DNA of 64,000 nt, taken from positions 68,195-132,194 of the forward strand of contig CAKZPI010000037.1 in assembly GCA_937139155.1 (NCBI GenBank). The letters are read 5' to 3'. This stretch comes from an uncultured Flavobacteriales bacterium. Lineage in GTDB: Bacteria > Bacteroidota > Bacteroidia > Flavobacteriales > JBLHRE01. Position numbers and translations under genes: made by a program. Below, one piece after another: positions 55,948 through 64,000 of the stretch (the stretch's first letter is position 1; each line of letters opens with the position of its first letter). Below the pieces are notes generated by a model. The model was given only the letters and a program-made list of their open reading frames with translations. It was not told the origin of the DNA and made no database searches.

Positions 55948-57379
55948 GGTTTCTTTTTTCTGGCAGTATAAAATAAAATCGAGAGCCATTATCTGGGATG
56001 GACTCAACCCAAATTTTCCCTCCGTGAAGGTCAACTATTTTTTTACAATGTGACAATCCAATGCCCGTACCTTCAAATTCATCACGAACATTAAGTCGCT
56101 GAAAAATGGTGAAAATTCTTGACAAATGATTGTCTTCAATGCCAATTCCGTTGTCTTGGACAAAGAGCTCCCAGCCCAAGGGAATTTGCTTGGCTCCAAT
56201 TTCAACGATGGGTGACCTGGTTTTCGGGCAGAATTTAATGGCATTCGAAATCAGGTTTTGGAAGAGGAGACGGACTTCAATTTTAAATGCATGGATGGTA
56301 GGTAGGTTTCCAAGTGAGATTTTAGCTTTAGATTCTTTAATGGTTAGCTGCATGTCTTCAAGCACATCCAAAACCAATTGGTTTAGGTTTACTTCTTCTA
56401 AGATTGGGTTTCTTCCAATCCTACTGTAATCCAATAAACCCTTAATCAAAGTGCTCATTCTTGCTGAACCCTGAATTACAAAGCCCAAGGACTTCCGGCC
56501 AAGGGCGCTCAGATTGTCCTTTTCGGTTTTATGGATTAGCTCAGCAAAGCTTGAAATGGTTCTTAGGGGCTCTTGAAGGTCGTGGCTGGCGATGTACGTA
56601 AATTGCTCAAGCTCTTTGTTTTTAATCTCAAGCTGGTCGACATATTGTTGTTTTTCCTCTTGCAAAGCCTTGGCTTGGCTCATATCTCGAACCATTTTCG
56701 TAAACCCCTTGCAAGTTCCGCCTTCATCGTAAATGGCAGTTACCGTTGACATGGCCCAAAATTTAGTCCCGTTTTTGGTCCTTCTCCAATCTTGGTACCG
56801 TACGGTGCCCTCTTCCTTTACCCGGTTAAGTATGTCTTGGGGTTTGCCAATCTTAAGATCTTCTTCTAAAAATAACTTTGAAAAAGATTGACCTTGAATT
56901 TCTTCTTTTTTAAATCCGTGTATTTCCTCGGCGCCTTTATTCCAGATGGTAATGATTCCTTCGGCATCAAGGAGAATTATGGAGTAGTCGTGAATGCCTT
57001 CCACCAAATTCCGGAAATGCTTTTCAGACTGTGCTTGTATTTTTTGAGCGTCTATTACTGATTGTTGAAATTTTGCTACTCCAATGGCGGTAACCCAAAT
57101 GGCCAATAAAGAGAGGCCACGGTTGCAATATACCATCCAGGATGAGTTTGCTCCATCTTTTAAAACGAAGCCAAAAACAACCAAAATACTAGCCAAAACC
57201 GCACCACGAAACTCCCAGTAAGGTTTGCTTAATTTAATAAGAAAGGCAATGGGAATAAGGTAAGAAACCCCAATTGCAAAGCCTAAAGGGGCAATTAGGT
57301 CTAAAATGAATATTGCAATCATTAAGCCTAGCACAGCAAGAATTCTAGGAAGATCTTTTTGGCTAAATGATTTAAACAC
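55937..57379 (-). CDS. Membrane PAS-domain sensor histidine kinase
   Basis: TM helices, PAS (WNKGAE..G), ASHDLQEPLR H-box, NL.SNA.KF, DNGIG, GTGIGL. Confidence 0.93.
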   Translation of the reverse strand: MFKSFSQKDLPRILAVLGLMIAIFILDLIAPLGFAIGVSYLIPIAFLIKLSKPYWEFRGAVLASILVVFGFVLKDGANSSWMVYCNRGLSLLAIWVTAIGVAKFQQSVIDAQKIQAQSEKHFRNLVEGIHDYSIILLDAEGIITIWNKGAEEIHGFKKEEIQGQSFSKLFLEEDLKIGKPQDILNRVKEEGTVRYQDWRRTKNGTKFWAMSTVTAIYDEGGTCKGFTKMVRDMSQAKALQEEKQQYVDQLEIKNKELEQFTYIASHDLQEPLRTISSFAELIHKTEKDNLSALGRKSLGFVIQGSARMSTLIKGLLDYSRIGRNPILEEVNLNQLVLDVLEDMQLTIKESKAKISLGNLPTIHAFKIEVRLLFQNLISNAIKFCPKTRSPIVEIGAKQIPLGWELFVQDNGIGIEDNHLSRIFTIFQRLNVRDEFEGTGIGLSHCKKIVDLHGGKIWVESIPDNGSRFYFILPEKRNHEI

Positions 57380-57565
57380 CGTTGCGGAAATTAGGAATTA
57401 AAGGTCGCAGTTTCCCGAGCCCTTCTTTCCATAAGCTTTAAGGCAGCGACACTCCTGCGAATATACTTATCCCTTTGTGGAATACAGGAATTAAGCCACA
57501 AAGAATTCTGCCTGGAGCTGGGTGGATTTGATTCTAAATGTATTGCTTGTAGAATTTAGGGGGCT

Positions 57566-58435
57566 TTATTTTTCAAGCCCTCGCTCTTCGATATCCCTGC
57601 CAATTCGTTTCCAGGCCTTCTTTTTTAGAATCAATAGGTTTTCGGTATTCAAGTTGAAAATGGAAACATGATTCTTGCCGTAAACCGTGTGCAGACTCCA
57701 TGAAAGATGGTTTTTATAGAGGAGTAGGGTACAAATATCAGTAGGGGAAATAAGGTCGCCTACCTTGTGGTTGTGCATGGTTTGGCTAATTTCATTTTCA
57801 GGGTCATCGCTCCGGAAAGGAAACTTGAGCAAACTTTTGTGAAAGCGTTCCTCTTTTTTGAGCTTAATTTTACGGTTAAAGTGAAGGCAATAATCGTTTC
57901 CAATCAAAAGGTATTCATTGGATTTGCTTGCTGTAAGAATATACACCCTGATTTTTCCTTTTTCTCCCTCAAGTACCACGAAATTATTTGAGGTTCCTCT
58001 GTAAAAGGAATAGAATTTTTTGGGGTTGTTAAAGAACCTTCTAACGGCTATTGAACGGGCTTGGATTAACCTTAATTCTCTAGGCAGGGCATCTCTATGT
58101 ACGCTATCAACTTCAAGTGGGTGAGGGCCTGCAATGCTGTCAAATCGGGTGGTAAGAAGAACTTCACTCGAATCTTGGTCGCCGTAGAAAATATGCGTAA
58201 CCGTTTGATCTTCATTTATGTATGTGATGTATCCCCCAATCTTTTTCAAAAGGTAAGGATGGTTGGTGGTTAGGTAATCACTTCCATACCAAGCCGCTTT
58301 TTCCAGGCGGAATAGTTTATGTCCCTCTGCAAAAAACTCGTCCTTATTATTTTTCTTAGCCTGAGTGGTAATGCTCAAAGTAAGGAAGACTAAGGTGATG
58401 TACATTGACCAGGAGGTGAGATGAGACTTAGACAT
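57566..58435 (-). CDS. Exported hypothetical protein
   Basis: Signal peptide; EG..L.R.EKA.W, GNDY, H.H. Confidence 0.65.
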   Translation of the reverse strand: MSKSHLTSWSMYITLVFLTLSITTQAKKNNKDEFFAEGHKLFRLEKAAWYGSDYLTTNHPYLLKKIGGYITYINEDQTVTHIFYGDQDSSEVLLTTRFDSIAGPHPLEVDSVHRDALPRELRLIQARSIAVRRFFNNPKKFYSFYRGTSNNFVVLEGEKGKIRVYILTASKSNEYLLIGNDYCLHFNRKIKLKKEERFHKSLLKFPFRSDDPENEISQTMHNHKVGDLISPTDICTLLLYKNHLSWSLHTVYGKNHVSIFNLNTENLLILKKKAWKRIGRDIEERGLEK

Positions 58436-58444
58436 GATTGAAAT

Positions 58445-59050
58445 TTAAATTTGGCTTTTTAAAGCGCCGATTCGCTTATGGTTTGGAAAGGATTGGAGAG
58501 CCTTGGAAATCAAGTCTTGGGCTTTTTCACAAGACCGTTCATTTTCTTGACATAGCTTTACGTAAGTATAACAGAGATAATAAGTTGCCTCCGAGCTGTT
58601 TGGGTAGAGTGAAACGGCTTCTTCAAAATTACCCGCGGCAAAAAACCATTTTTCTTGGTTCAATTGAATCATGCCCCTATTCATATACTCCCGAAACTTA
58701 TATTCAAGTTCTGATTCTTCAATTTTAAGCTTGGTTGGGCTTGAAGTGGGAGTGTTCGTGGGCCATGAAAAGTAAGCTAAGCAGGAAAGAAGCACTAAAA
58801 CTCCTGAAATACTCCAAATCAACTTCCTTCGGTCTGACCTAAGATCTTCTAGAACCCTTTGACGAATTAAAGCCAATTGTTCCGGACTTGCCTTTTGGTC
58901 TCCTCCTAGTTTGGCTGTATGCCTTCGGTAGGTAGTTTTTAAGGCTTCAAAGTCCTTTCCTCGCTCAAAATACCTAATCCTTTTGGGCAATAATTTTTTA
59001 TTGGCCCTCAGGGTATTTATCATGGTCTGAACCGAGTGGCCAAATCCCAT
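58445..59050 (-). CDS. Membrane-anchored protein with C-terminal TPR-like repeat
   Basis: Central TM helix; C-terminal helical repeat (F..A....P). Confidence 0.65.
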   Translation of the reverse strand: MGFGHSVQTMINTLRANKKLLPKRIRYFERGKDFEALKTTYRRHTAKLGGDQKASPEQLALIRQRVLEDLRSDRRKLIWSISGVLVLLSCLAYFSWPTNTPTSSPTKLKIEESELEYKFREYMNRGMIQLNQEKWFFAAGNFEEAVSLYPNSSEATYYLCYTYVKLCQENERSCEKAQDLISKALQSFPNHKRIGALKSQI

Positions 59051-59074
59051 AGCTCTTAGGCTTTACTCCTTGGA

Positions 59075-60091
59075 CTAATTATTAAGCCACTCGCTAAATG
59101 CGTCAACTTTCTCTTCATTTTCTTCCACCCATTTTGCCATTTCCGGATCTAAGGATGCACGAATGTAATTGCAGAAGGTTTCCATGTGTTCTGATTCGGC
59201 TATGTCTGAAAAAACACGTACGTAAAAGCCCCAGTATAAATCATCTGATTCACCCCGGTTTGCGGATTCCTCTCCCAGGTAGGTGAATAAGGAAGAGGAG
59301 GCCTCTACAAAGGGGTCGATTTGAATGGTGTCGGATTGGACGGAATTGAAAGATGCCACCATCATGGAGAGGTATAAATTGGCCGAACGAAATTCGTCGT
59401 CCTGGTCTCCAGGTATGGAAATATTAACCACATTGGGTTCAGTAGAAGACTTGCTTACTCCAGCGTTTAAATTTTCATTGTAGAGATTAAGAATGGTCTT
59501 AGAACGCTCTGAGTTTGGCTCAATAAGTAAGAAGAAGGCGGAAGATAGGATGGCTTGAATCCGATCTCCATTTAAATCGTGTATTTGGGCCAATAAATAA
59601 TGGCTGGAGTTATGGGTTAAGTTATGGTCTATGGCCTTATGGGCAGCCTCTATGGCTTCCTCTGTTTTCCCCATTCCTGAGTAGGTCACAGCTAGGTTGT
59701 AATAGAGCAAATAGCCCTCGCCGGTTTTTTTAAGTCCTTTTTTATAGGTTTTCACCGCTTTTTTAGGCTTCGACATATGGTCGTAACAAGATCCTTTGAT
59801 TACGTAGGCCTCCATTAAATTCTCCCTGCCTAATTTGATTACTTTATCCGAGTACTTTACCCCGTTGCTGTAATCTCCTTTCGCGAAATAGGAATAGGCC
59901 ATTTCGTAAAGTACCAAACTGGATTTCGGGTTGAGTTTAAGGGCTTTCTCATAAAAGCTTAGGGCCTTGTTGTAGTTTCCTTGATCATGTTGCACGATTC
60001 CTTCTTGAACATAATCTTCTACAGATTGCCCAATGGATAAATGACTAAATCCTAAGCATAGGACTAGAAAAAGGGTCTTGAAAATTTTCAT
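59075..60091 (-). CDS. Exported tetratricopeptide repeat protein
   Basis: Signal peptide; multiple TPR consensus units. Confidence 0.88.
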   Translation of the reverse strand: MKIFKTLFLVLCLGFSHLSIGQSVEDYVQEGIVQHDQGNYNKALSFYEKALKLNPKSSLVLYEMAYSYFAKGDYSNGVKYSDKVIKLGRENLMEAYVIKGSCYDHMSKPKKAVKTYKKGLKKTGEGYLLYYNLAVTYSGMGKTEEAIEAAHKAIDHNLTHNSSHYLLAQIHDLNGDRIQAILSSAFFLLIEPNSERSKTILNLYNENLNAGVSKSSTEPNVVNISIPGDQDDEFRSANLYLSMMVASFNSVQSDTIQIDPFVEASSSLFTYLGEESANRGESDDLYWGFYVRVFSDIAESEHMETFCNYIRASLDPEMAKWVEENEEKVDAFSEWLNN

Positions 60092-60197
60092 GGCTTTGGT
60101 TGGCTTGTTTCGCTAAAGCGGATGAATAAAATTTGAAAAGCAAATATAAAATTTCCCTATAAAGTTAAAGTGACTGGTAATTAATGGTTTATGATTT

Positions 60198-60668
60198 TTA
60201 ATTTTTGGTTTTAAGAAAACCGATATGCCAAGAGAAAATCACTTTTAAAGGACCATAAAATACAAGGAAGAAGAGGAGAGCAATTCTAAATGCATCTTCA
60301 AACTCATCCGGACGATATGGGGCGGTGATCAGGAAGTAAAGTCCTAGTATGAATAAAGACAAGCCGAAAATCATGTTCAAAACCGAAGATAGTTTAAATC
60401 CATTGCTTTGGTTTTTAGGGAGAACAGGATCTTCCTCTAAAAAATCATCAAGGCTATCATATTTTGGCTTTGCTCTTGATTTCATCCAGTACCGAATCAA
60501 ATAGGCAGAATTCAAACCAAGCCCAAGCAGGGTGGTGTTAAACAAGAAAAATAAAAAACTCGGATTTCGGTCCGTTACCATTTCGAAATAAGAAATTATT
60601 ACCGCTATAAACAGGAAGATTAGAAGGGGGAAGGATAATATTTGGTATGCCTTTAGTACTCGTTTCAT
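60198..60668 (-). CDS. Hypothetical membrane protein
   Basis: 4 hydrophobic helices. Confidence 0.6.
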   Translation of the reverse strand: MKRVLKAYQILSFPLLIFLFIAVIISYFEMVTDRNPSFLFFLFNTTLLGLGLNSAYLIRYWMKSRAKPKYDSLDDFLEEDPVLPKNQSNGFKLSSVLNMIFGLSLFILGLYFLITAPYRPDEFEDAFRIALLFFLVFYGPLKVIFSWHIGFLKTKN

Positions 60669-61246
60669 GGCCTTATTTTGATCTTGTACTTATGCAATAA
60701 TCCAGGCAGTGAGGCATGGTCAATTAGCATATTTGCAGTTTTGTTATTGTCTAAGTCTATGTTAAGGTTGTCTAGGTTGGAAAGTTTGGCTCTCACCAAT
60801 TTGGTTTTTGTGAACTCAGCTCCGCGCATTTGGCAATTGGTGAATTCGGCCCCTGTTAAATTTGCATAGCTGAAATCTACTTCAGTTAAATCGCAATCAA
60901 GAAACCTTGAATTGGATAGGTCAAGGTTTTGAAAAACGGAAAAGCATAAATTGCTTTCGTGAAAGTTGAGGGAAAGACCAAAACGGTTGCATTCACGAAA
61001 ATCTACCCCCATCAATTTTGAGGTATAAAAATTAGCTGTGTGAAACTGGGTTTCGGCTAAAATTGAGTGGGTGAAATCACAGCTTATAAAATCACAATCC
61101 ACAAACTTGGTTTGGAAGAGTTGAATTTCTGCGAAGCTGCAATGGGTGAAGGTACATTGCTCAAATTCATGCTCAGATACTTGAGACTCTTTGAAGGATT
61201 CTTTGGAGTAGAATTGTTTAGACTCGTAAAATTCAGGGCTTAACAT
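60665..61246 (-). CDS. Pentapeptide repeat protein
   Basis: Tandem (A/C/S)-(D/N)-(F/L)-x-x repeats. Confidence 0.9.
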   Translation of the reverse strand: MLSPEFYESKQFYSKESFKESQVSEHEFEQCTFTHCSFAEIQLFQTKFVDCDFISCDFTHSILAETQFHTANFYTSKLMGVDFRECNRFGLSLNFHESNLCFSVFQNLDLSNSRFLDCDLTEVDFSYANLTGAEFTNCQMRGAEFTKTKLVRAKLSNLDNLNIDLDNNKTANMLIDHASLPGLLHKYKIKIRP

Positions 61247-61253
61247 GAGGATA

Positions 61254-61290
61254 AAAAAACAAAAAACCGATGCTGATTCAACACCGGTTC
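61254..61290 (-). terminator. Intrinsic terminator
   Basis: Minus strand ACCGGTGTTGA-A-TCAGCATCGGT followed by T-runs. Confidence 0.7.
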
Positions 61291-61316
61291 CTTCCTAATT
61301 ATAAACAAATTTAAGC

Positions 61317-61730
61317 CTAGGCTTCCTTGTTCATGAGTTTCCCGCCAAGGTAGGCCATAGGAATATAAGCCAAGACGAGGTCTATCACATTAAACCAAAG
61401 AGGTGAGGGCAGCATGGCCACATTTGCAATACCAGCAGCAAGGAAGAAAACCCCTACTACCATGGCCATTTTTAAGGAATGCGTTTTGGATATTTTAAAG
61501 GCTAAAATTGCCCCAACAAAGGTTCCGAAGGCATGAGCCAGGAAGGGGAAAATGAAATTTTTGGGAGTCATAAACTCCATGGCCGCCTTTAATTGTTCAG
61601 GGTCGGTCATGTCATAACCCTCCGGACCTGGAATAATCATGGGACCAAGGGTGATGAGGGCCATGTTTGCAATGGAGCCTATGATAAGCCCTGCAATCAC
61701 GGCCAAAATGTTTTGTAAGGTTGGATTCAT
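61317..61730 (-). CDS. Conserved membrane protein
   Basis: 4 TM helices; FPFLAHA.GT..GA, P.WF...DL..AYIPM. Confidence 0.7.
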   Translation of the reverse strand: MNPTLQNILAVIAGLIIGSIANMALITLGPMIIPGPEGYDMTDPEQLKAAMEFMTPKNFIFPFLAHAFGTFVGAILAFKISKTHSLKMAMVVGVFFLAAGIANVAMLPSPLWFNVIDLVLAYIPMAYLGGKLMNKEA

Positions 61731-61763
61731 AATGGTGAAGTTTATTGGAAGTTGAAGGTAAAT

Positions 61764-62621
61764 TTATGATTTATCCGCTTTATGGGCTACCACAAGGTGG
61801 TATTCCCAAAGTTGATCTTTAAGGGCTCTGAACTGGTAAATTCCTCCTTTGTAATGCGACTGAGAAAATTTACTGGCCTTGGGATTGTATAGCTTGTACA
61901 GCTTGGTGGGCAAGGCTCCTGCCAAGGAGGCCAAATACATAAACCTTGAAGATTTGTAAATTTCTTGGGTGTAATTGGTAGATCTTACCTGGGTGAATCC
62001 GGTGGATTCAAGCTCTGTTTTAAAAAGCCTCAAACTGATAATTCTTGCAATGGCCCAGGTGTCCAACCATTTTTTAATCCATTGATTGGGGTCTTTTTGG
62101 TCGTCTTTGGTTTTGAAATAATCCACCAGTACCAATTTTCCTCCGGGCTTTAAAATGCGATGTACCTCAAGAAAGAACTCTTTTTTATCCTTGGCATGGC
62201 AAATGCTTTCGCAGGCCCAGACCAAGTCAAAAGACTCCTTGGGAAATTCAGATTTCAAATAATCCCTAAGCTGAAAATTCAGTTTTGACTCGAGCTTATG
62301 CTTTTGAGCCAATTCATTGGCCATATTGATTTGAGTAGGACTCAAGCTTATGCCCGTAACCTTGGCTCCTGTTGATTGATGAATGAAAAAGGCAGCTCCA
62401 CCAACCCCGCAACCTGCATCTAAAACCTCATGGTTTGCTTCTAGCTGAGCCGCATCCAACATGATTTGATTGGTGTTTTTAATAGACTCTGCAAAGCTTT
62501 TTACTTCCGGAGTCCATACCCCATAGTGCAGGGCAAGGTGTTGATCTAGCTTCCACCATTTTTTATAGTGAACATGGGTAGATTCATAATAATCTTTAAT
62601 ATCGTTAGGCAGGTAGGCCAT
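61764..62621 (-). CDS. SAM-dependent methyltransferase (tocopherol/sterol-MT-like); likely start ATG 62621
   Basis: LHYG.W, VLDAGCGVGG, GISLS..Q, W..ES..H, LKPGG.L. Confidence 0.85.
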   Translation of the reverse strand: MAYLPNDIKDYYESTHVHYKKWWKLDQHLALHYGVWTPEVKSFAESIKNTNQIMLDAAQLEANHEVLDAGCGVGGAAFFIHQSTGAKVTGISLSPTQINMANELAQKHKLESKLNFQLRDYLKSEFPKESFDLVWACESICHAKDKKEFFLEVHRILKPGGKLVLVDYFKTKDDQKDPNQWIKKWLDTWAIARIISLRLFKTELESTGFTQVRSTNYTQEIYKSSRFMYLASLAGALPTKLYKLYNPKASKFSQSHYKGGIYQFRALKDQLWEYHLVVAHKADKS

Positions 62622-62648
62622 ATTTCCGGTGCATTTTTGGTTTGCCAA

Positions 62649-63290
62649 TTAGGCCTTTGATTTTTTATAAGCATCGTGAAAGCCCTCTCCTTTCATGATT
62701 TTCGGAATGCATTTCTGGATTCTTGAAATTCTGGTTGAACTTTGTTTGGCCTGGCCTAGGTGTATAAGGTAGCTCCTTTTTTTTCCTGAGCTAAGCGAAT
62801 TAAACGCCTTTTCAAGTGCTGGATCTTGCCTTAAAAACTCCTTCAGTTCTTCAGGCATGGCCTCTGGAATTTTTTGGGTTTTCACCTTTTTCCCTTCCTC
62901 TTCAATTTGAATGGCTTCCTTAATTAGGGTTAAAATTAGACCCTCTTTTTCTTCAACCTGTACTTTGGAGGTAAACCTTAATTGTTTTGAGGATTGCGAG
63001 CTTTTTCCAGGGCTTACCAAGATATTCTTGCCTTCCTTCAAAAGGGCTCCCTTGAAAAAGGATAAGAAAGCATAGTCTTTAAAGGCGCTCAGGATTAATA
63101 CATTTTTACCCTTGTAGGTATAGGTAGGTTGCGACCATTTCAATTCAGGCTTAAGTCTAGTTTTTTCCAAGATTGACTTGAGAGCCCTGAGTTCTTCCCT
63201 CCAAGTTTTCACCTTGCAGTTTTCGGTAGCGAAGTACTTACATCGGCCACAGCCATCTTCATAGTACTCATCTAAGCTTTGAATTTTCAT
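62649..63290 (-). CDS. YdeI/OmpD-associated (DUF1801) family protein
   Basis: GCGRC, E.KW..P.Y, F.KGALL, F..L..G..RSY...AKQ..TR..RI. Confidence 0.88.
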   Translation of the reverse strand: MKIQSLDEYYEDGCGRCKYFATENCKVKTWREELRALKSILEKTRLKPELKWSQPTYTYKGKNVLILSAFKDYAFLSFFKGALLKEGKNILVSPGKSSQSSKQLRFTSKVQVEEKEGLILTLIKEAIQIEEEGKKVKTQKIPEAMPEELKEFLRQDPALEKAFNSLSSGKKRSYLIHLGQAKQSSTRISRIQKCIPKIMKGEGFHDAYKKSKA

Positions 63291-63320
63291 TCTTTCAGGT
63301 CTTGAAGCGAAGCTAAGAAA

Positions 63321-64000
63321 TTACCGCCTTCTACCACTGTAGGTCATGGCTTCTCCTTTTCCAAATCCATAACTAAAACCAAGGGTGATGAATCTGCCCC
63401 TTGTGCTTGAATAGGTTTGACTACTGTTTCCGGTTTCAATACTGCCTCGGCGAATTCTGGAGGCAAAAATATCTCGCACTCCGAGGTTTATGACCCCCTT
63501 TCCATCCCAAAGTTTTTTCCGAATACCAGCATCTGCAAAAAGCATAGACCCTTGACTACCTTGAATGGTTTGGTAAGCCGATTCATACATACCTGAAACC
63601 TCTAGGTCAACCCCTTTCTTTAATTTGAATTTTGAAGTGGTTCTCAAATTGTACTGGTCGTTGGTGAAATCAAAACTTTGATCTTCAAAGCTACCTTCCC
63701 GAATGAACAAACCGTAATTCATATCCCCCGAAAGGGTGAACCAATTATTGGGGTAATACTTGAAATTCATTTCTAGCCCGTTGGTAGCCTTGGTTCCTAA
63801 ATTCATGGGCATGGTATAGGTTACCTCGCCCTCAACTCGGGCCACTCTTTCAACAATATCGTAGGTAAAAAGTCGGTAAAGGGAGGTGTTTAAAGAAAGA
63901 TTTTCCCAAACAAAAACCCCTGTGATTTCATAGGAATTGCTGAACTCGGGCTGAAGGTCTGGGTTGCCCTGTCGGATGTTGTAATTGTTTCGAATGTTAA
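63321..64000 (-). CDS. C-terminal part of a TonB-dependent/outer-membrane beta-barrel receptor (extends beyond the window)
   Basis: Frame open to the window edge: ...NIRQGNPDLQPEFSNSYE..., DIF, R.ITLG.SY.FG. Confidence 0.85.
   Translation of the reverse strand, partial: NIRNNYNIRQGNPDLQPEFSNSYEITGVFVWENLSLNTSLYRLFTYDIVERVARVEGEVTYTMPMNLGTKATNGLEMNFKYYPNNWFTLSGDMNYGLFIREGSFEDQSFDFTNDQYNLRTTSKFKLKKGVDLEVSGMYESAYQTIQGSQGSMLFADAGIRKKLWDGKGVINLGVRDIFASRIRRGSIETGNSSQTYSSTRGRFITLGFSYGFGKGEAMTYSGRRR

Noticed and set aside
60665-61246. Pentapeptide repeat protein as a Qnr-type resistance gene
   Set aside because: Generic pentapeptide repeats in a housekeeping context; no Qnr-specific loops could be verified.

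Overview
A 64 kb window of a Bacteroidota (Flavobacteriia-like) chromosome. The assignment rests on repeated TAnnTTTG -7 promoter motifs, a T9SS C-terminal sorting domain, and typical purK-purE and oxyR-ahpC-trx-DUF6952 blocks. Most of the window is ordinary housekeeping or accessory content. It carries a complete hisGDC(NB)HAF(IE) operon with a fully readable His leader-peptide attenuator, purKE, two SulP transporters with a beta-carbonic anhydrase, a redox cluster, monomeric icd, an iron-type TonB receptor/PepSY module and a two-component pair. The exceptional part is about 30.6-39.6 kb, a tandem array of orphan RHS-core/C-terminal-toxin cassettes, each followed by an exported immunity-position gene, with no full-length Rhs in the window. 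Two cassettes carry intact JAB/MPN-like toxin domains and a third JAB-like tail survives as an unannotated remnant. All three are coupled to FISUMP (Fib_succ_major)-like genes, which suggests this domain of unknown function is a cognate immunity or partner protein of JAB toxins. The array also holds a decayed tyrosine-recombinase/YefM-YoeB insert and an inverted pair of dif-like sites, and its cassettes break repeatedly at the ETGNYYYG codons. Family names come from motif recognition by eye, not database searches.
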